From contig DAIDAN010000001.1 in assembly GCA_027310605.1 (NCBI GenBank), forward strand, positions 1 through 29,146: 29,146 nucleotides of DNA, in the 5' to 3' direction. This document shows positions 7,605 through 15,875 of this stretch, piece after piece. The notes under the pieces were generated by a model, which saw nothing but the letters and a program-made list of their open reading frames with translations, searched no databases and was not told where the DNA came from. Made by a program: the position numbers and the translations under genes. This DNA is from Candidatus Aenigmatarchaeota archaeon. Its GTDB lineage: Archaea > Aenigmatarchaeota > Aenigmatarchaeia > Aenigmatarchaeales > DAIDAN01. The number at the start of each line of letters is the position of its first letter. Position 1 is the first letter of the stretch.

Positions 7605-8843
7605 ATGCGAGCAGTGAAAGACAGGCTGTACGGGAAAATAAGAATCGAGAAGCCGGTGCAGGATATTTTGCGCTGCGAAAAAATCCAAAGGCTCGGAAAA
7701 GTTTCCCTTTCCGCGGTTCCGGACAGGTTTCTCGTGCCGCGATATTTCAAGGATATGGCAAGCAGGCTGGAGCACTCGATAGGGATGAGCCATCTTGTTT
7801 CCGTGCTTTGCGGCTTCAGGCCCGAGTTCGAGGAATATCGCAATCTGCTCCTGCTTGCGGCGGTCTGCCATGACGCCGGGGCGCCGCCCTTCTCGCACAA
7901 CGGCGAGTACCTGCTTGGGGAGCTGACAGGCATGAACCACGAGCGGTATACTGAACATATCCTGAAAGGTTCGGTCGCAGCGGATGTTATAAAAAAATAC
8001 GGATACCCGCTCAGGCAGATAACTGAAATAATAAACGGAGGCTCCGGTTTTTTAGGCAAGCTGATGAACAACACCGTAGACTTGGACAACGCTGACAACA
8101 CGGAAAGGTACGGCTTCGGTTCTGGGATTGTCGGCAGGATTTCGGACCCGGAAGAGCTTGCCAAGGCTTTCCTGCTTAAAAACGGCGGACTGTTTCTCGA
8201 CAGAAAATATTCTGCGGAATTGGAAAAATGGAAACTTTGCAGGAAAAAAGTCTACGGAAAAATAGTTTACGGCGATGCCAACATCTCGGCGGGAGGAATG
8301 CTGCGCCGCGCTCTCGGTTTCGTTTACGAGGAAAATGGAAAAGCTCTTAAGAAGGAAGGTTTTCTGGAATTCAACGATAATGAGGCGCTGAAATATATGG
8401 AGGAAAACAGCCCCGAAGCCAGGGCGCTGATAGAAAGCGCAGAGAGCGGAATCTTTTACAGGAAGGTCGCGGAGATAAGCTCGTTCAATCCGTCCGCGAA
8501 AATGGAAGAGCTGTGCGGGAATTGGAGCGGAAGAATCGGTATCGCGGACGGCATCTGCGAAAAATTCGGGCTGCGGAGGCAGGATGTATGCGCGCAGGCG
8601 TTCCGCCAAAAACCGGAAAGAAGCGCGGAAAATTTTTATCCGCAAAAGAAAAAATCCGAGAAAAAGAAATGGGGAACCGCACGAAAATCCAGCGGGATTT
8701 TCGGCGCAGCCGGAAACTCCGTTTCCGTGCGCGTTGGGGGCGAAGCCCCCCGATTTGACATGAGGGTTTTCGTCAATCCGCGGCTGCGGATAAGCGCGAA
8801 GAATGTGCTGAAATTTCTGTTGGAAATAACGGATATGCAATGA
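7605..8843 (+). CDS. HD-superfamily phosphohydrolase (dNTPase/YdhJ-like)
   Basis: IQRLGKV, SRLEHSIG, AAVCHDAGAPPFSH, DLDNAD...RY; carries an in-frame family A element near the C-terminus. Confidence 0.88.
   Translation: MRAVKDRLYGKIRIEKPVQDILRCEKIQRLGKVSLSAVPDRFLVPRYFKDMASRLEHSIGMSHLVSVLCGFRPEFEEYRNLLLLAAVCHDAGAPPFSHNGEYLLGELTGMNHERYTEHILKGSVAADVIKKYGYPLRQITEIINGGSGFLGKLMNNTVDLDNADNTERYGFGSGIVGRISDPEELAKAFLLKNGGLFLDRKYSAELEKWKLCRKKVYGKIVYGDANISAGGMLRRALGFVYEENGKALKKEGFLEFNDNEALKYMEENSPEARALIESAESGIFYRKVAEISSFNPSAKMEELCGNWSGRIGIADGICEKFGLRRQDVCAQAFRQKPERSAENFYPQKKKSEKKKWGTARKSSGIFGAAGNSVSVRVGGEAPRFDMRVFVNPRLRISAKNVLKFLLEITDMQ
8678..8731. repeat. Multi-hairpin element family A, copy 3 (54 nt, in-frame inside the HD CDS)
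   Basis: C-GCACG AAAATCC agcg GGATTTT CGGCgcaGCCG GAAAC tcc GTTTC CGTGC-G; translates within ...TARKSSGIFGAAGNSVSVR... Confidence 0.9.
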
Positions 8844-8881
8844 TATAAGATTTGGAAATAAAATATGATTCGGTAATGAGT

Positions 8882-10339
8882 ATGTTCGGATTCTTGAAAA
8901 AAAAGCTGAAGGAAGCGGTGGAGAAGATATCGGGAGTCGCGAAGGAGGAGGTTGCGGCTGAAAAGATAGCGGAGGCTGCGGCCGAGGCGTCGCAGGAGAA
9001 GGAGCTGGCTGCCGAGACATTGGAAAAGAGGGAGCTGATTCGGGAATCGGGGATGGCGGAAACCAGCGAAGTCAGCGAAGCCTTGGAAAAGCCTGCGGAG
9101 CAGATAATGGAAAAGGGACTTCTGGGAACTGTCTCGGAAACATTTGAAGAAAGAGCTGAAGAAGTTGTCGCTGAACAAACCGCGGAAAATATCCCTGAAG
9201 GAAAGAAAATAATTGAAGATCTAAAGGAAAATGAATCGGAAGAAAAAATAACGGAAGAGGAAACCGGGAAACCAGAAATCATTGGAGAGAAGGTTGTTCC
9301 GGAAAATCTGGAAGTTGTAAAACAAGAAATAATTCCTGAAGAAAAAGCGAGGAAAAAAATTGGGTTGCTCGAAAGGCTGAAAGGGAAAAAGAAAAAGCCG
9401 GAGGAAAAACTCCCGCAGGGATTCGGGATTGAGGAGGAGGCCGAGAAGAAAGAGGAAAAGGAAAAGACGGGGCTGTTCAAAAAGATAAGGAAGGCGGTCT
9501 CGGAGAAAGCCATAGAGGAGTCTGACATCAAGGAAATTTTATGGGAACTGCAAATCGGGCTGATAGAGAGCGATGTCGCGGTGGATGCCGCGGAAAAGAT
9601 TTCCTCAGGCCTGAAAAAAGAGCTTGTGGGAAGGAGGCTGCCAAAAAAGCAAATCGAAAGCATAGTAAGGGGCAGCATGAAAAAATCGTTGAGGGAGATT
9701 CTTGATGCCGGCAGCCTGAGTATTATGGAAAAAATAAAATCCAAAAAGCCGTCCCTTATCCTTTTCCTCGGATTCAACGGCGTCGGCAAGACCACTACAA
9801 TAGCGAGGGTCGGCAGCTTGCTGAAGGAAAAGGGACTGAGATGTATTTTCGCAGCCGCGGACACATGGAGGGCGGGCGCGATACAGCAGCTGGAGCATCA
9901 CGGGGAGCGGCTCGGGATAAAAGTGATAAGGCATGAATACGGCAGCGACCCGGCCGCGGTGATATTTGACGCGAGAAAATACGCGGAGGCGCACGGCATC
10001 GACGTGATACTCGCGGACACCGCGGGGCGCTCGCACACGAACATGAACCTCGTTGACGAGCTGAAAAAAATAGCGAGGGTTAACAAGCCTGACATGAAGA
10101 TACTCGTGCTTGACGCGCTCACCGGAAACGATGTCATGGAGCAGGCGAAATATTTCCACGAGGCCGTTGGCGTTGACGGGATAATAATCACGAAAACGGA
10201 TGTTTACGAGAAGGGCGGCGCGCTGCTTTCGGCTGTTCATACGATAAGAAAACCGATTCTTTACCTCGGCGTTGGACAGGGCTATGGCGACCTGGAGGAG
10301 TTCGATGTCGGGAAAGTTGTGGAAAGATTGCTGGAATAG
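8882..10339 (+). CDS. ftsY: Signal recognition particle receptor FtsY with long acidic N-terminal region
   Basis: MFGFLKKKLKEAV N-terminus; LIESDV; GFNGVGKTTTIA; AADTWRAGA; DTAGRSH; TKTD...GGA. Confidence 0.96.
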   Translation: MFGFLKKKLKEAVEKISGVAKEEVAAEKIAEAAAEASQEKELAAETLEKRELIRESGMAETSEVSEALEKPAEQIMEKGLLGTVSETFEERAEEVVAEQTAENIPEGKKIIEDLKENESEEKITEEETGKPEIIGEKVVPENLEVVKQEIIPEEKARKKIGLLERLKGKKKKPEEKLPQGFGIEEEAEKKEEKEKTGLFKKIRKAVSEKAIEESDIKEILWELQIGLIESDVAVDAAEKISSGLKKELVGRRLPKKQIESIVRGSMKKSLREILDAGSLSIMEKIKSKKPSLILFLGFNGVGKTTTIARVGSLLKEKGLRCIFAAADTWRAGAIQQLEHHGERLGIKVIRHEYGSDPAAVIFDARKYAEAHGIDVILADTAGRSHTNMNLVDELKKIARVNKPDMKILVLDALTGNDVMEQAKYFHEAVGVDGIIITKTDVYEKGGALLSAVHTIRKPILYLGVGQGYGDLEEFDVGKVVERLLE

Positions 10340-10462
10340 ACATTACGCATAAATTATGAAATCGGTTTCAGGAACGCTTATTGGATTCTGTTAGATAGAA
10401 AATCGATTCAGCACAACTGTAAATCATTTCATATCGAATTCATTTCATATCGGTTTTATTTT

Positions 10463-10621
10463 TCAGAAGTTATCGCTTTTTGTTTCGCCATGAACATCCT
10501 TATCTTTCCAATATTTCGATTCTACCTCAAACCTATAATTGAAATATTTTGTTATCGACAGTTTACAACTGTAAAATAAATCAAAGGCATTTAACAGCAG
10601 TCTTGAAATCATAATTATCAT
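10463..10621 (-). CDS. Possible 52-aa hypothetical protein in AT-rich patch
   Basis: ATG at 10621, 2 nt after the duplicated stop at 10624-10626; MIIMISRLLLNAFDLFYSCKLSITKYFNYRFEVESKYWKDKDVHGETKSDNF; no motif. Confidence 0.2.
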   Translation of the reverse strand: MIIMISRLLLNAFDLFYSCKLSITKYFNYRFEVESKYWKDKDVHGETKSDNF

Positions 10622-10622
10622 C

Positions 10623-10710
10623 TTTATCTCGGTATAATAATCCCTTCCAAATGGAAACCTACGGTTCCCATCCCTCCCTTCATTTATCTGGGTATTATTA
10701 TCCCTTCCAA
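10623..10710 (-). repeat. 28-bp direct repeat (period 60) duplicating the DUF429 gene 3' end, with a hairpin between the copies
   Basis: 10623-10650 vs 10683-10710: 25/28 identical, both encode LEGIIIPR-stop; hairpin ATGGGAACC-GTA-GGTTTCCAT (10651-10671, minus strand). Confidence 0.85.
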
Positions 10711-11169
10711 GTCCTCGAACTTTTTATCGAGGTAAAATTTCGCTGTGAGCGCGCACAAGAGCGCCTCGTACTCGTGCTCGTTGCCCTTCGGCTCGCGCGA
10801 GACCTGGAGTATTTTCTCGGTTGCGAATGCGGAGGCTTCTATCACGCGGAAGCCTTTCGCGCGGAGTGCCTGCACTATCCCCTTCGCGCGGAGCGCAAGA
10901 ACCTGCATCGAAGGCAGTTTTGGGGAAACCGGCTTGAAGCCGCGCTTCATCAGGAGTTCCTCGCTCCTTCTCCAGAATCCAGAAGCGGGAGTCCAGAACG
11001 GCGCGTCAATCGCGATGCAGTCCGGCCTCGCCTCTTCTATCGCTTTGAGTATTTCCGAATCCTCTTTCAAGATTCTTATCTCCGTCTTCACTTCGCCGTC
11101 CGCTTCCAATATGCAGAATCCTGTCGGGTTTTCCGGCTTTCCCGCAAGGTCTATGCCGATGACTTTCAT
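10684..11169 (-). CDS. DUF429-family protein (predicted RNase H-fold nuclease)
   Basis: MKVIGIDLAG...PTGFC, IAIDAP, RRSEELL, VIEA, HEYEALLCALTA. Confidence 0.8.
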   Translation of the reverse strand: MKVIGIDLAGKPENPTGFCILEADGEVKTEIRILKEDSEILKAIEEARPDCIAIDAPFWTPASGFWRRSEELLMKRGFKPVSPKLPSMQVLALRAKGIVQALRAKGFRVIEASAFATEKILQVSREPKGNEHEYEALLCALTAKFYLDKKFEDLEGIIIPR

Positions 11170-11327
11170 AACAAAACCTTTAACAAGAGAGAATTATAGC
11201 TGCCTGAATGCAGTTCTTATGATAATAATAATCGCAATAAGATTTAAATGCGTATCTGCAAACTGATTCGTATCGCGCTTTCCCGCACTTTTATAACTTT
11301 CTGTTTGCAATATATTTGCTGATTAAA

Positions 11328-12647
11328 ATGGTGTTAGACAAAATCGGCGAAGGCTTGCGCGCCGCGCTCGACAAGGTGACGCGGGCGGGCTTGGTTGATA
11401 GGAGCACGATAGAAGGGCTTGTGAAAGACATTCAGCGCACTCTTTTGGCAGGAGATGTTGATGTCAAGCTTGTCTTCGAGCTAACGCAGAAAATTAAGAA
11501 ACGCGCCCTCGATGAGAAGCCGAAGGCGGGAATGACCGCGCGGGAGCAGGTTGTAAGGATAGTTTATGAAGAGCTTGTCTCCTTTGTCGGAGGAAAATCG
11601 GAAGCGAAGCTTCGCGGAAAGATTTTGTTGTGCGGGCTGTTCGGCTCGGGAAAGACGACGACCGCGGGGAAGCTTGCAAGGTTCTACCGGAAGAAAGGCT
11701 TGAAAGTCGGGTTGATTTGCTGCGACGCGTTCAGGCCTGCGGCTTACGAGCAGCTGCAAACATTAGCAGAACAAATTGGAGTTCCTTTCTTCGGGATAAG
11801 GGGCGAGAAGGACAGCGCGAAAATCCTGAAGGAGGGGATGAAAAAAATCGGGGAGAGGGACATAATAATAATCGACAGCTCCGGAAGGGATGCGCTTGAC
11901 AGCGGGATGATTGAGGAAATTAAGAATCTTAACTCTATTTCAGCGGCGGACGAGCGCCTGCTTGTGTTGCCCGCCGACATCGGGCAGGCCGCGCGCGAGC
12001 AGTCCGAGGAATTTCAGAAGGCGCTTGGGATAACAGGTGTGATAATAACAAAGCTTGACGGAACAGCGAAAGGCGGCGGAGCGCTCACAGCCTGCGCGAT
12101 AAGCGGCGCTCCCGTGAAATTCATCGGCACCGGCGAAAAGCTTGAAGCCTTCGAGCAGTTCGACCCGGAGAGGTTCATCTCAAGGCTCGTGGGTTTCGGC
12201 GACCTGCAGTCCTTATTGGAGAAGGCGAAGGAAAGCGGCGCAGAGGAAAGCGCGAAAGCGATTGTCTCGGGAAAATTCACGCTGTCAGAATTTTTTGAAC
12301 AGCTGGAGGCGATGCAGAAGATGGGGCCGCTGAAAAGCGTTCTCGACTCGATACCCGGCTTCGGGATGATGAAAATGCCGAAGGAATTCGACTTGGGCAA
12401 GCAGGAAGGAAAGATGAAAAAATGGAAGTACATAATCCAGTCGATGACTAAAAAAGAAAAAGAAAGCCCGGACTTGATTGACAGCCCGCGCATAAGGAGG
12501 ATAGCGAAAGGCTCCGGCACTTCGGAGTCCGAGGTGAGGGAGTTGCTGAAAGCGTTTGAACAGTCGAAGAAAGTCATGAAGATGGTTTCCGGCGGCAAGC
12601 GCGGGCTGATGGGAAAGATGATGAAAAGGTTCAAGGGGTTTGGATAA
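11328..12647 (+). CDS. srp54: Signal recognition particle protein SRP54
   Basis: MVLDKIG..., GDVDVKLV, GLFGSGKTTT, DAFRPAA, DSSGR, TKLDGTAKGGGAL, GFGDLQSL, Met-rich M domain (IIQSMT, RIRRIAKGSG). Confidence 0.97.
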   Translation: MVLDKIGEGLRAALDKVTRAGLVDRSTIEGLVKDIQRTLLAGDVDVKLVFELTQKIKKRALDEKPKAGMTAREQVVRIVYEELVSFVGGKSEAKLRGKILLCGLFGSGKTTTAGKLARFYRKKGLKVGLICCDAFRPAAYEQLQTLAEQIGVPFFGIRGEKDSAKILKEGMKKIGERDIIIIDSSGRDALDSGMIEEIKNLNSISAADERLLVLPADIGQAAREQSEEFQKALGITGVIITKLDGTAKGGGALTACAISGAPVKFIGTGEKLEAFEQFDPERFISRLVGFGDLQSLLEKAKESGAEESAKAIVSGKFTLSEFFEQLEAMQKMGPLKSVLDSIPGFGMMKMPKEFDLGKQEGKMKKWKYIIQSMTKKEKESPDLIDSPRIRRIAKGSGTSESEVRELLKAFEQSKKVMKMVSGGKRGLMGKMMKRFKGFG

Positions 12648-12842
12648 ATTGTAGGTTTAATGAAAATTGCATTGGCAATTGCAGCAAAATACTCCAGAAA
12701 AACGGGAACGATATTGCGTTGGGAGAATTCGTAACATATACTTGCAAGGAAACCGGTGACACGCGCACAGAATATTTGTGAGAATCATAATAACCTCCGA
12801 TTCCTGGAAATTATTTATACTCTTCTACAAAAACATTTTCTT

Positions 12843-14396
12843 ATGAAAGAGAAAAAAACGCTTTACGATAAAAAAGGAAAAAGAAAGAAGTTCTACCTGA
12901 CAACATCCATAGCGTACACGAACGCGCCGCCGCATATAGGCTTTGCGTACGAGCTCATACTCTCGGATGTTGCGGCGAGGTTCCGCAGGATGAAAGACGA
13001 GGGCATCTTTTTCCTGACGGGAACGGATGAGCACGGGATAAAAATCCAGAAGGCTGCCGAGAAGGCGGGAAAACCTCCGGAAGAGTTCGTGAACGGGATA
13101 TCGGAAAGGTTCATGGAGCTTTGCAAAGCCTTGGCTGTCTCAAACGATTTTTTCATCAGGACAACCGACAGGCAGGTTCACTGGCCGACAGCGCAGAAAA
13201 TCTGGCAAATGCTTGAGAAGAGCGGCGATATCTACAAGAAAAAATACAGCGGATTGTATTGCTATGGCTGCGAGAGCTTCAAGACGGAAAGGGAGCTCGT
13301 GAACGGCCTGTGCCCCGATCACCAGACTGCGCCGGAACCAGTTGAAGAGGAGAATTATTTTTTCTCACTGACAAAATACACCAAGAAAATAGCGGAGCTT
13401 ATAGAAAAGAACGAGATGCTTATAGTTCCCGAGGCAAGGAAGAACGAGGCGCTGAACATATTGAAGGAGATTGAAGACATAAGCTTTTCCCGCCCCGTCT
13501 CATCATTGAAGTGGGGCATTCCCGTTCCTGGCGACGATTCGCAGGCGATTTATGTCTGGTGTGACGCGCTGACGAATTATCTTTCTGGAGTCGGCTTCAC
13601 TTCCGAGCCTAAAAAGTTCAGGAAATACTGGCCTGCGGACCTGCAAGTCATAGGAAAGGACATACTTAAGTTCCACGCGATTTTCTGGCCCGCGATGCTG
13701 CTTTCCGCGAAGCTGCCGCTGCCGAAAAAGATATTCGTGCACGGCTTCATCACCTCGCGCGGGCAGAAAATGAGCAAAACCATTGGCAATGTAGTTGATC
13801 CGTTTGAAATAATAAAGATGTATGGAGCAGAGTCGCTAAGATATTTTTTGCTGCGAGAAATTCCGCACGGCGAGGACGGGGACTTCACGGAGGAAGCTTT
13901 TATGCAGCGCATCAACTCGGACCTCGCGGACAACCTCGGCAATCTTGTGAACAGGGTGCTGGTGTTGACGGAAAAATATTCCGGGGGCAAAGTCCCTAAT
14001 ACGGAAAAGGAATCATTCCTGAAAGAAAAGGCTGAGGAAACGATAAAAAAAGTAAGCGGGAATATGGAAGAATTAAAATTCCACCGTGCGCTTGAGGGCA
14101 TTTTCTCGCTCTCTTCCGAAGCGAACCGCTATCTGAACGAGTCCGCGCCTTGGAAGATAACAGTGAAGGAGGAGCTGGACGCGATACTCTACAACGCGCT
14201 CGAGACGATAAGGATAATATCGGTTTTGCTCTACCCCTTCATGCCGCAGACCGCGGAAAGGATTTCGGAACAGCTCGGAGTGGAAAAGAAATTCACGCAG
14301 GAAAAATTGGCGTGGGGCTTGCTGAAGCCGGGAACAAAAACAAAGCGCGGCGACTTGCTGTTCAGGAAAGTGATGAAGGTGGATGTGGGGGAGTGA
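12843..14396 (+). CDS. metG: Methionine--tRNA ligase, short bacterial-type form
   Basis: FYLTTSIAYTNAPPHIGFAYE, TGTDEHG, single Zn knuckle CYGC...CPDH, WGIPVP, YVWCDAL, GKDILKFHAIFWP, KMSKT; no C-terminal tRNA-binding domain. ATG 12843 chosen over the upstream GTG. Confidence 0.95.
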   Translation: MKEKKTLYDKKGKRKKFYLTTSIAYTNAPPHIGFAYELILSDVAARFRRMKDEGIFFLTGTDEHGIKIQKAAEKAGKPPEEFVNGISERFMELCKALAVSNDFFIRTTDRQVHWPTAQKIWQMLEKSGDIYKKKYSGLYCYGCESFKTERELVNGLCPDHQTAPEPVEEENYFFSLTKYTKKIAELIEKNEMLIVPEARKNEALNILKEIEDISFSRPVSSLKWGIPVPGDDSQAIYVWCDALTNYLSGVGFTSEPKKFRKYWPADLQVIGKDILKFHAIFWPAMLLSAKLPLPKKIFVHGFITSRGQKMSKTIGNVVDPFEIIKMYGAESLRYFLLREIPHGEDGDFTEEAFMQRINSDLADNLGNLVNRVLVLTEKYSGGKVPNTEKESFLKEKAEETIKKVSGNMEELKFHRALEGIFSLSSEANRYLNESAPWKITVKEELDAILYNALETIRIISVLLYPFMPQTAERISEQLGVEKKFTQEKLAWGLLKPGTKTKRGDLLFRKVMKVDVGE

Positions 14397-14401
14397 AGAA
14401 T

Positions 14402-14929
14402 TTATGATGTTACAGCTTCGGTTTCCATCAAACCCAGTTTCTTGGTTGCTTCCACGAAAAACTCCGCACAATCGCGCTTTACTATTTCTTCAGCCACAAC
14501 AGAACTCTGCTTTAGCGGAGCCGGCTGCGAGCCGATTGCGCTTATCTCTTTCGCTACATCATCCTTTATCTTCATAAACGCTTTTCGATAGTCATCCGGA
14601 AGCGAATCCAACAATTCAACAATAGCTTTTTTGTCGCGATATGCCATCTTCATAATGTAATTGTGTACGTAAGTAGAAGTGCATCCAAGATCTAGCCGGT
14701 CTTTCACATAAACATAGTCTATTATGTTTGTTTTTGATATGGTAATTATTGAAGATATACCATTTACCTGAAAAAGGTCCTTTGCGCTGCGGGATGTTAG
14801 CTTCAACTCAGGAAAATATTTTTTATTTTCCTCAAGAATAATAAACTTTTTGCGGCGCTTGTCGCTGATATTTATTGCTTTTTCCTCAAGCCTCTTCATA
14901 AAATTTCTTTCAGAAAAATAGTCATCCAT
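14402..14929 (-). CDS. Hypothetical 175-aa protein, AT-rich
   Basis: Long ORF in AT-rich DNA, downstream of and co-oriented with the RHH gene. Confidence 0.7.
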   Translation of the reverse strand: MDDYFSERNFMKRLEEKAINISDKRRKKFIILEENKKYFPELKLTSRSAKDLFQVNGISSIITISKTNIIDYVYVKDRLDLGCTSTYVHNYIMKMAYRDKKAIVELLDSLPDDYRKAFMKIKDDVAKEISAIGSQPAPLKQSSVVAEEIVKRDCAEFFVEATKKLGLMETEAVTS

Positions 14930-14992
14930 AACATTCTATTGAAAGAAAAGCATTTATAGTTGCATAAATTCTCAGATCTTCTTATCAGAGAT

Positions 14993-15187
14993 TTATTTCT
15001 TGAACAGATTTTTATATCCTATAGCTTGTTCCCTGTTTTCTAAGGTTTCTTCCTTTTCTTTTATTAAATTTCTTGCTGCATATCTTACTGCAGCGTCTAT
15101 ATCTTTAAACCAACCAGTATCCACCATTCTTTCAAGAATTTGTAAATCATATCTAGGAATGCTAAATTTTCTGGTTTTAGCTTTCAT
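14993..15187 (-). CDS. Ribbon-helix-helix (CopG/Arc/MetJ, ParD-like) regulator or antitoxin
   Basis: 64 aa; beta-strand TRKFSIP followed by LQILERMVDTGWFKDIDAAVRYAARNL, matching the LxxLVxxGxFxxxSEAVRxAxRxL pattern. Confidence 0.7.
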   Translation of the reverse strand: MKAKTRKFSIPRYDLQILERMVDTGWFKDIDAAVRYAARNLIKEKEETLENREQAIGYKNLFKK

Positions 15188-15279
15188 AATCTCACACTAT
15201 TATTTAATTAATCTCCTAACTTTTATATAGACAGATAGCTTTATATAGATGTTATCTTATAGTAGTATATGGTGATAAT

Positions 15280-15429
15280 ATGCCACCTGAAAAAATGAAG
15301 CTAAAGGGTATTGAAATAGAAAAGGGTACTCCAATGGAAGTTGCAGAAAAAGTTATCGGAGAAAAAAATGTAGTAATATATCCAGCAACAACAATCAAGA
15401 ATTATGCTGGTATGAAACCCGAGGAATAA
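15280..15429 (+). CDS. 49-aa small protein divergent from the RHH gene (weak DUF2080-like resemblance; below the ORF-track length cutoff)
   Basis: MPPEKMKLKGIEIEKGTPMEVAEKVIGEKNVVIYPATTIKNYAGMKPEE; GGTGAT SD directly upstream. Confidence 0.6.
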   Translation: MPPEKMKLKGIEIEKGTPMEVAEKVIGEKNVVIYPATTIKNYAGMKPEE

Positions 15430-15491
15430 TTTTATTATTTTTCCTATTTTCCTTAACGCTTAAATAAGCAGCCATAGAAATCTTTCTGAGC

Positions 15492-15799
15492 GGGCTCGTA
15501 GTATAGCTGAGCTTTTCTTTCCCGCGCACGAAAAGCTCCACTTTTCGGCGGAGCCGGAAAATCTTAAAGATTTTTCGTGCCAAAGAAAATCTTAAGGAAA
15601 AGAAAGGGTTAGTAAAGCGTCTAGAATGGTTCAGTATCCCTGCCTTGGGAGCAGGAAACCCCTGAAGGCCTTTTTCTTTTTGGTGAAGAACACAAAAAAA
15701 GAAAAACGCCTGCGAAAAAGAAAAACTCAAAATAAAAAGAATAGGAAAAAGGTTCTGGGGATTTCAAAGACCTGAATGAGAGTCAGGGCGAGCCCACCA
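15492..15799 (+). tRNA. tRNA-Pro(TGG) with three introns: D-loop (15509-15626), 53/54 (15665-15762), 59/60 (15769-15782); encoded CCA
   Basis: GGGCTCG/CGAGCCC-A-CCA; anticodon arm CCTGC-CT-TGG-GA-GCAGG; T-stem CCCTG/CAGGG. BHB central helices: CCCC/GGGG (intron 2) and TTCA/TGAG (intron 3) fully paired; intron 1 has 3 of 4 pairs, so its junction is less certain. Confidence 0.9.
15525..15581. repeat. Multi-hairpin element family A, copy 4 (inside tRNA-Pro intron 1)
   Basis: C-GCACG AAAAG ctcca CTTTT CGGCggaGCCG GAAAATCT taa AGATTTTT CGTGC-C; sits in the loop of hairpin TTTTCTTT/AAAGAAAA. Confidence 0.9.
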
Positions 15800-15875
15800 A
15801 GTCTTTTCTTTAAACCGAAAGAGCAGAAACAAAAGGTTTAAATAGATTTGTAGCCAATAAACAGTAGTGATAAAC

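Noticed and set aside
8773-9864. Long antisense ORFs (8773-9864, 8052-9020, 6009-6881, 12014-12634, 16220-16897, 25143-25880 and similar)
   Set aside because: They shadow well-supported genes on the opposite strand, have Ser/Phe- or Arg-biased composition and show no motifs.
12756-12842. Upstream in-frame extensions of metG, eif6, glmS, trmI and the 17031 kinase in the ORF track
   Set aside because: The extensions are low-quality AT-rich sequence; family N-termini begin at the downstream ATGs used here (GlmS requires Cys directly after Met).
14515-14534. GCGGAGCCGGCTGCGAGCCG GC-rich patch resembling family A in the 175-aa gene
   Set aside because: Only the central motif is partly present; no termini or paired arms.
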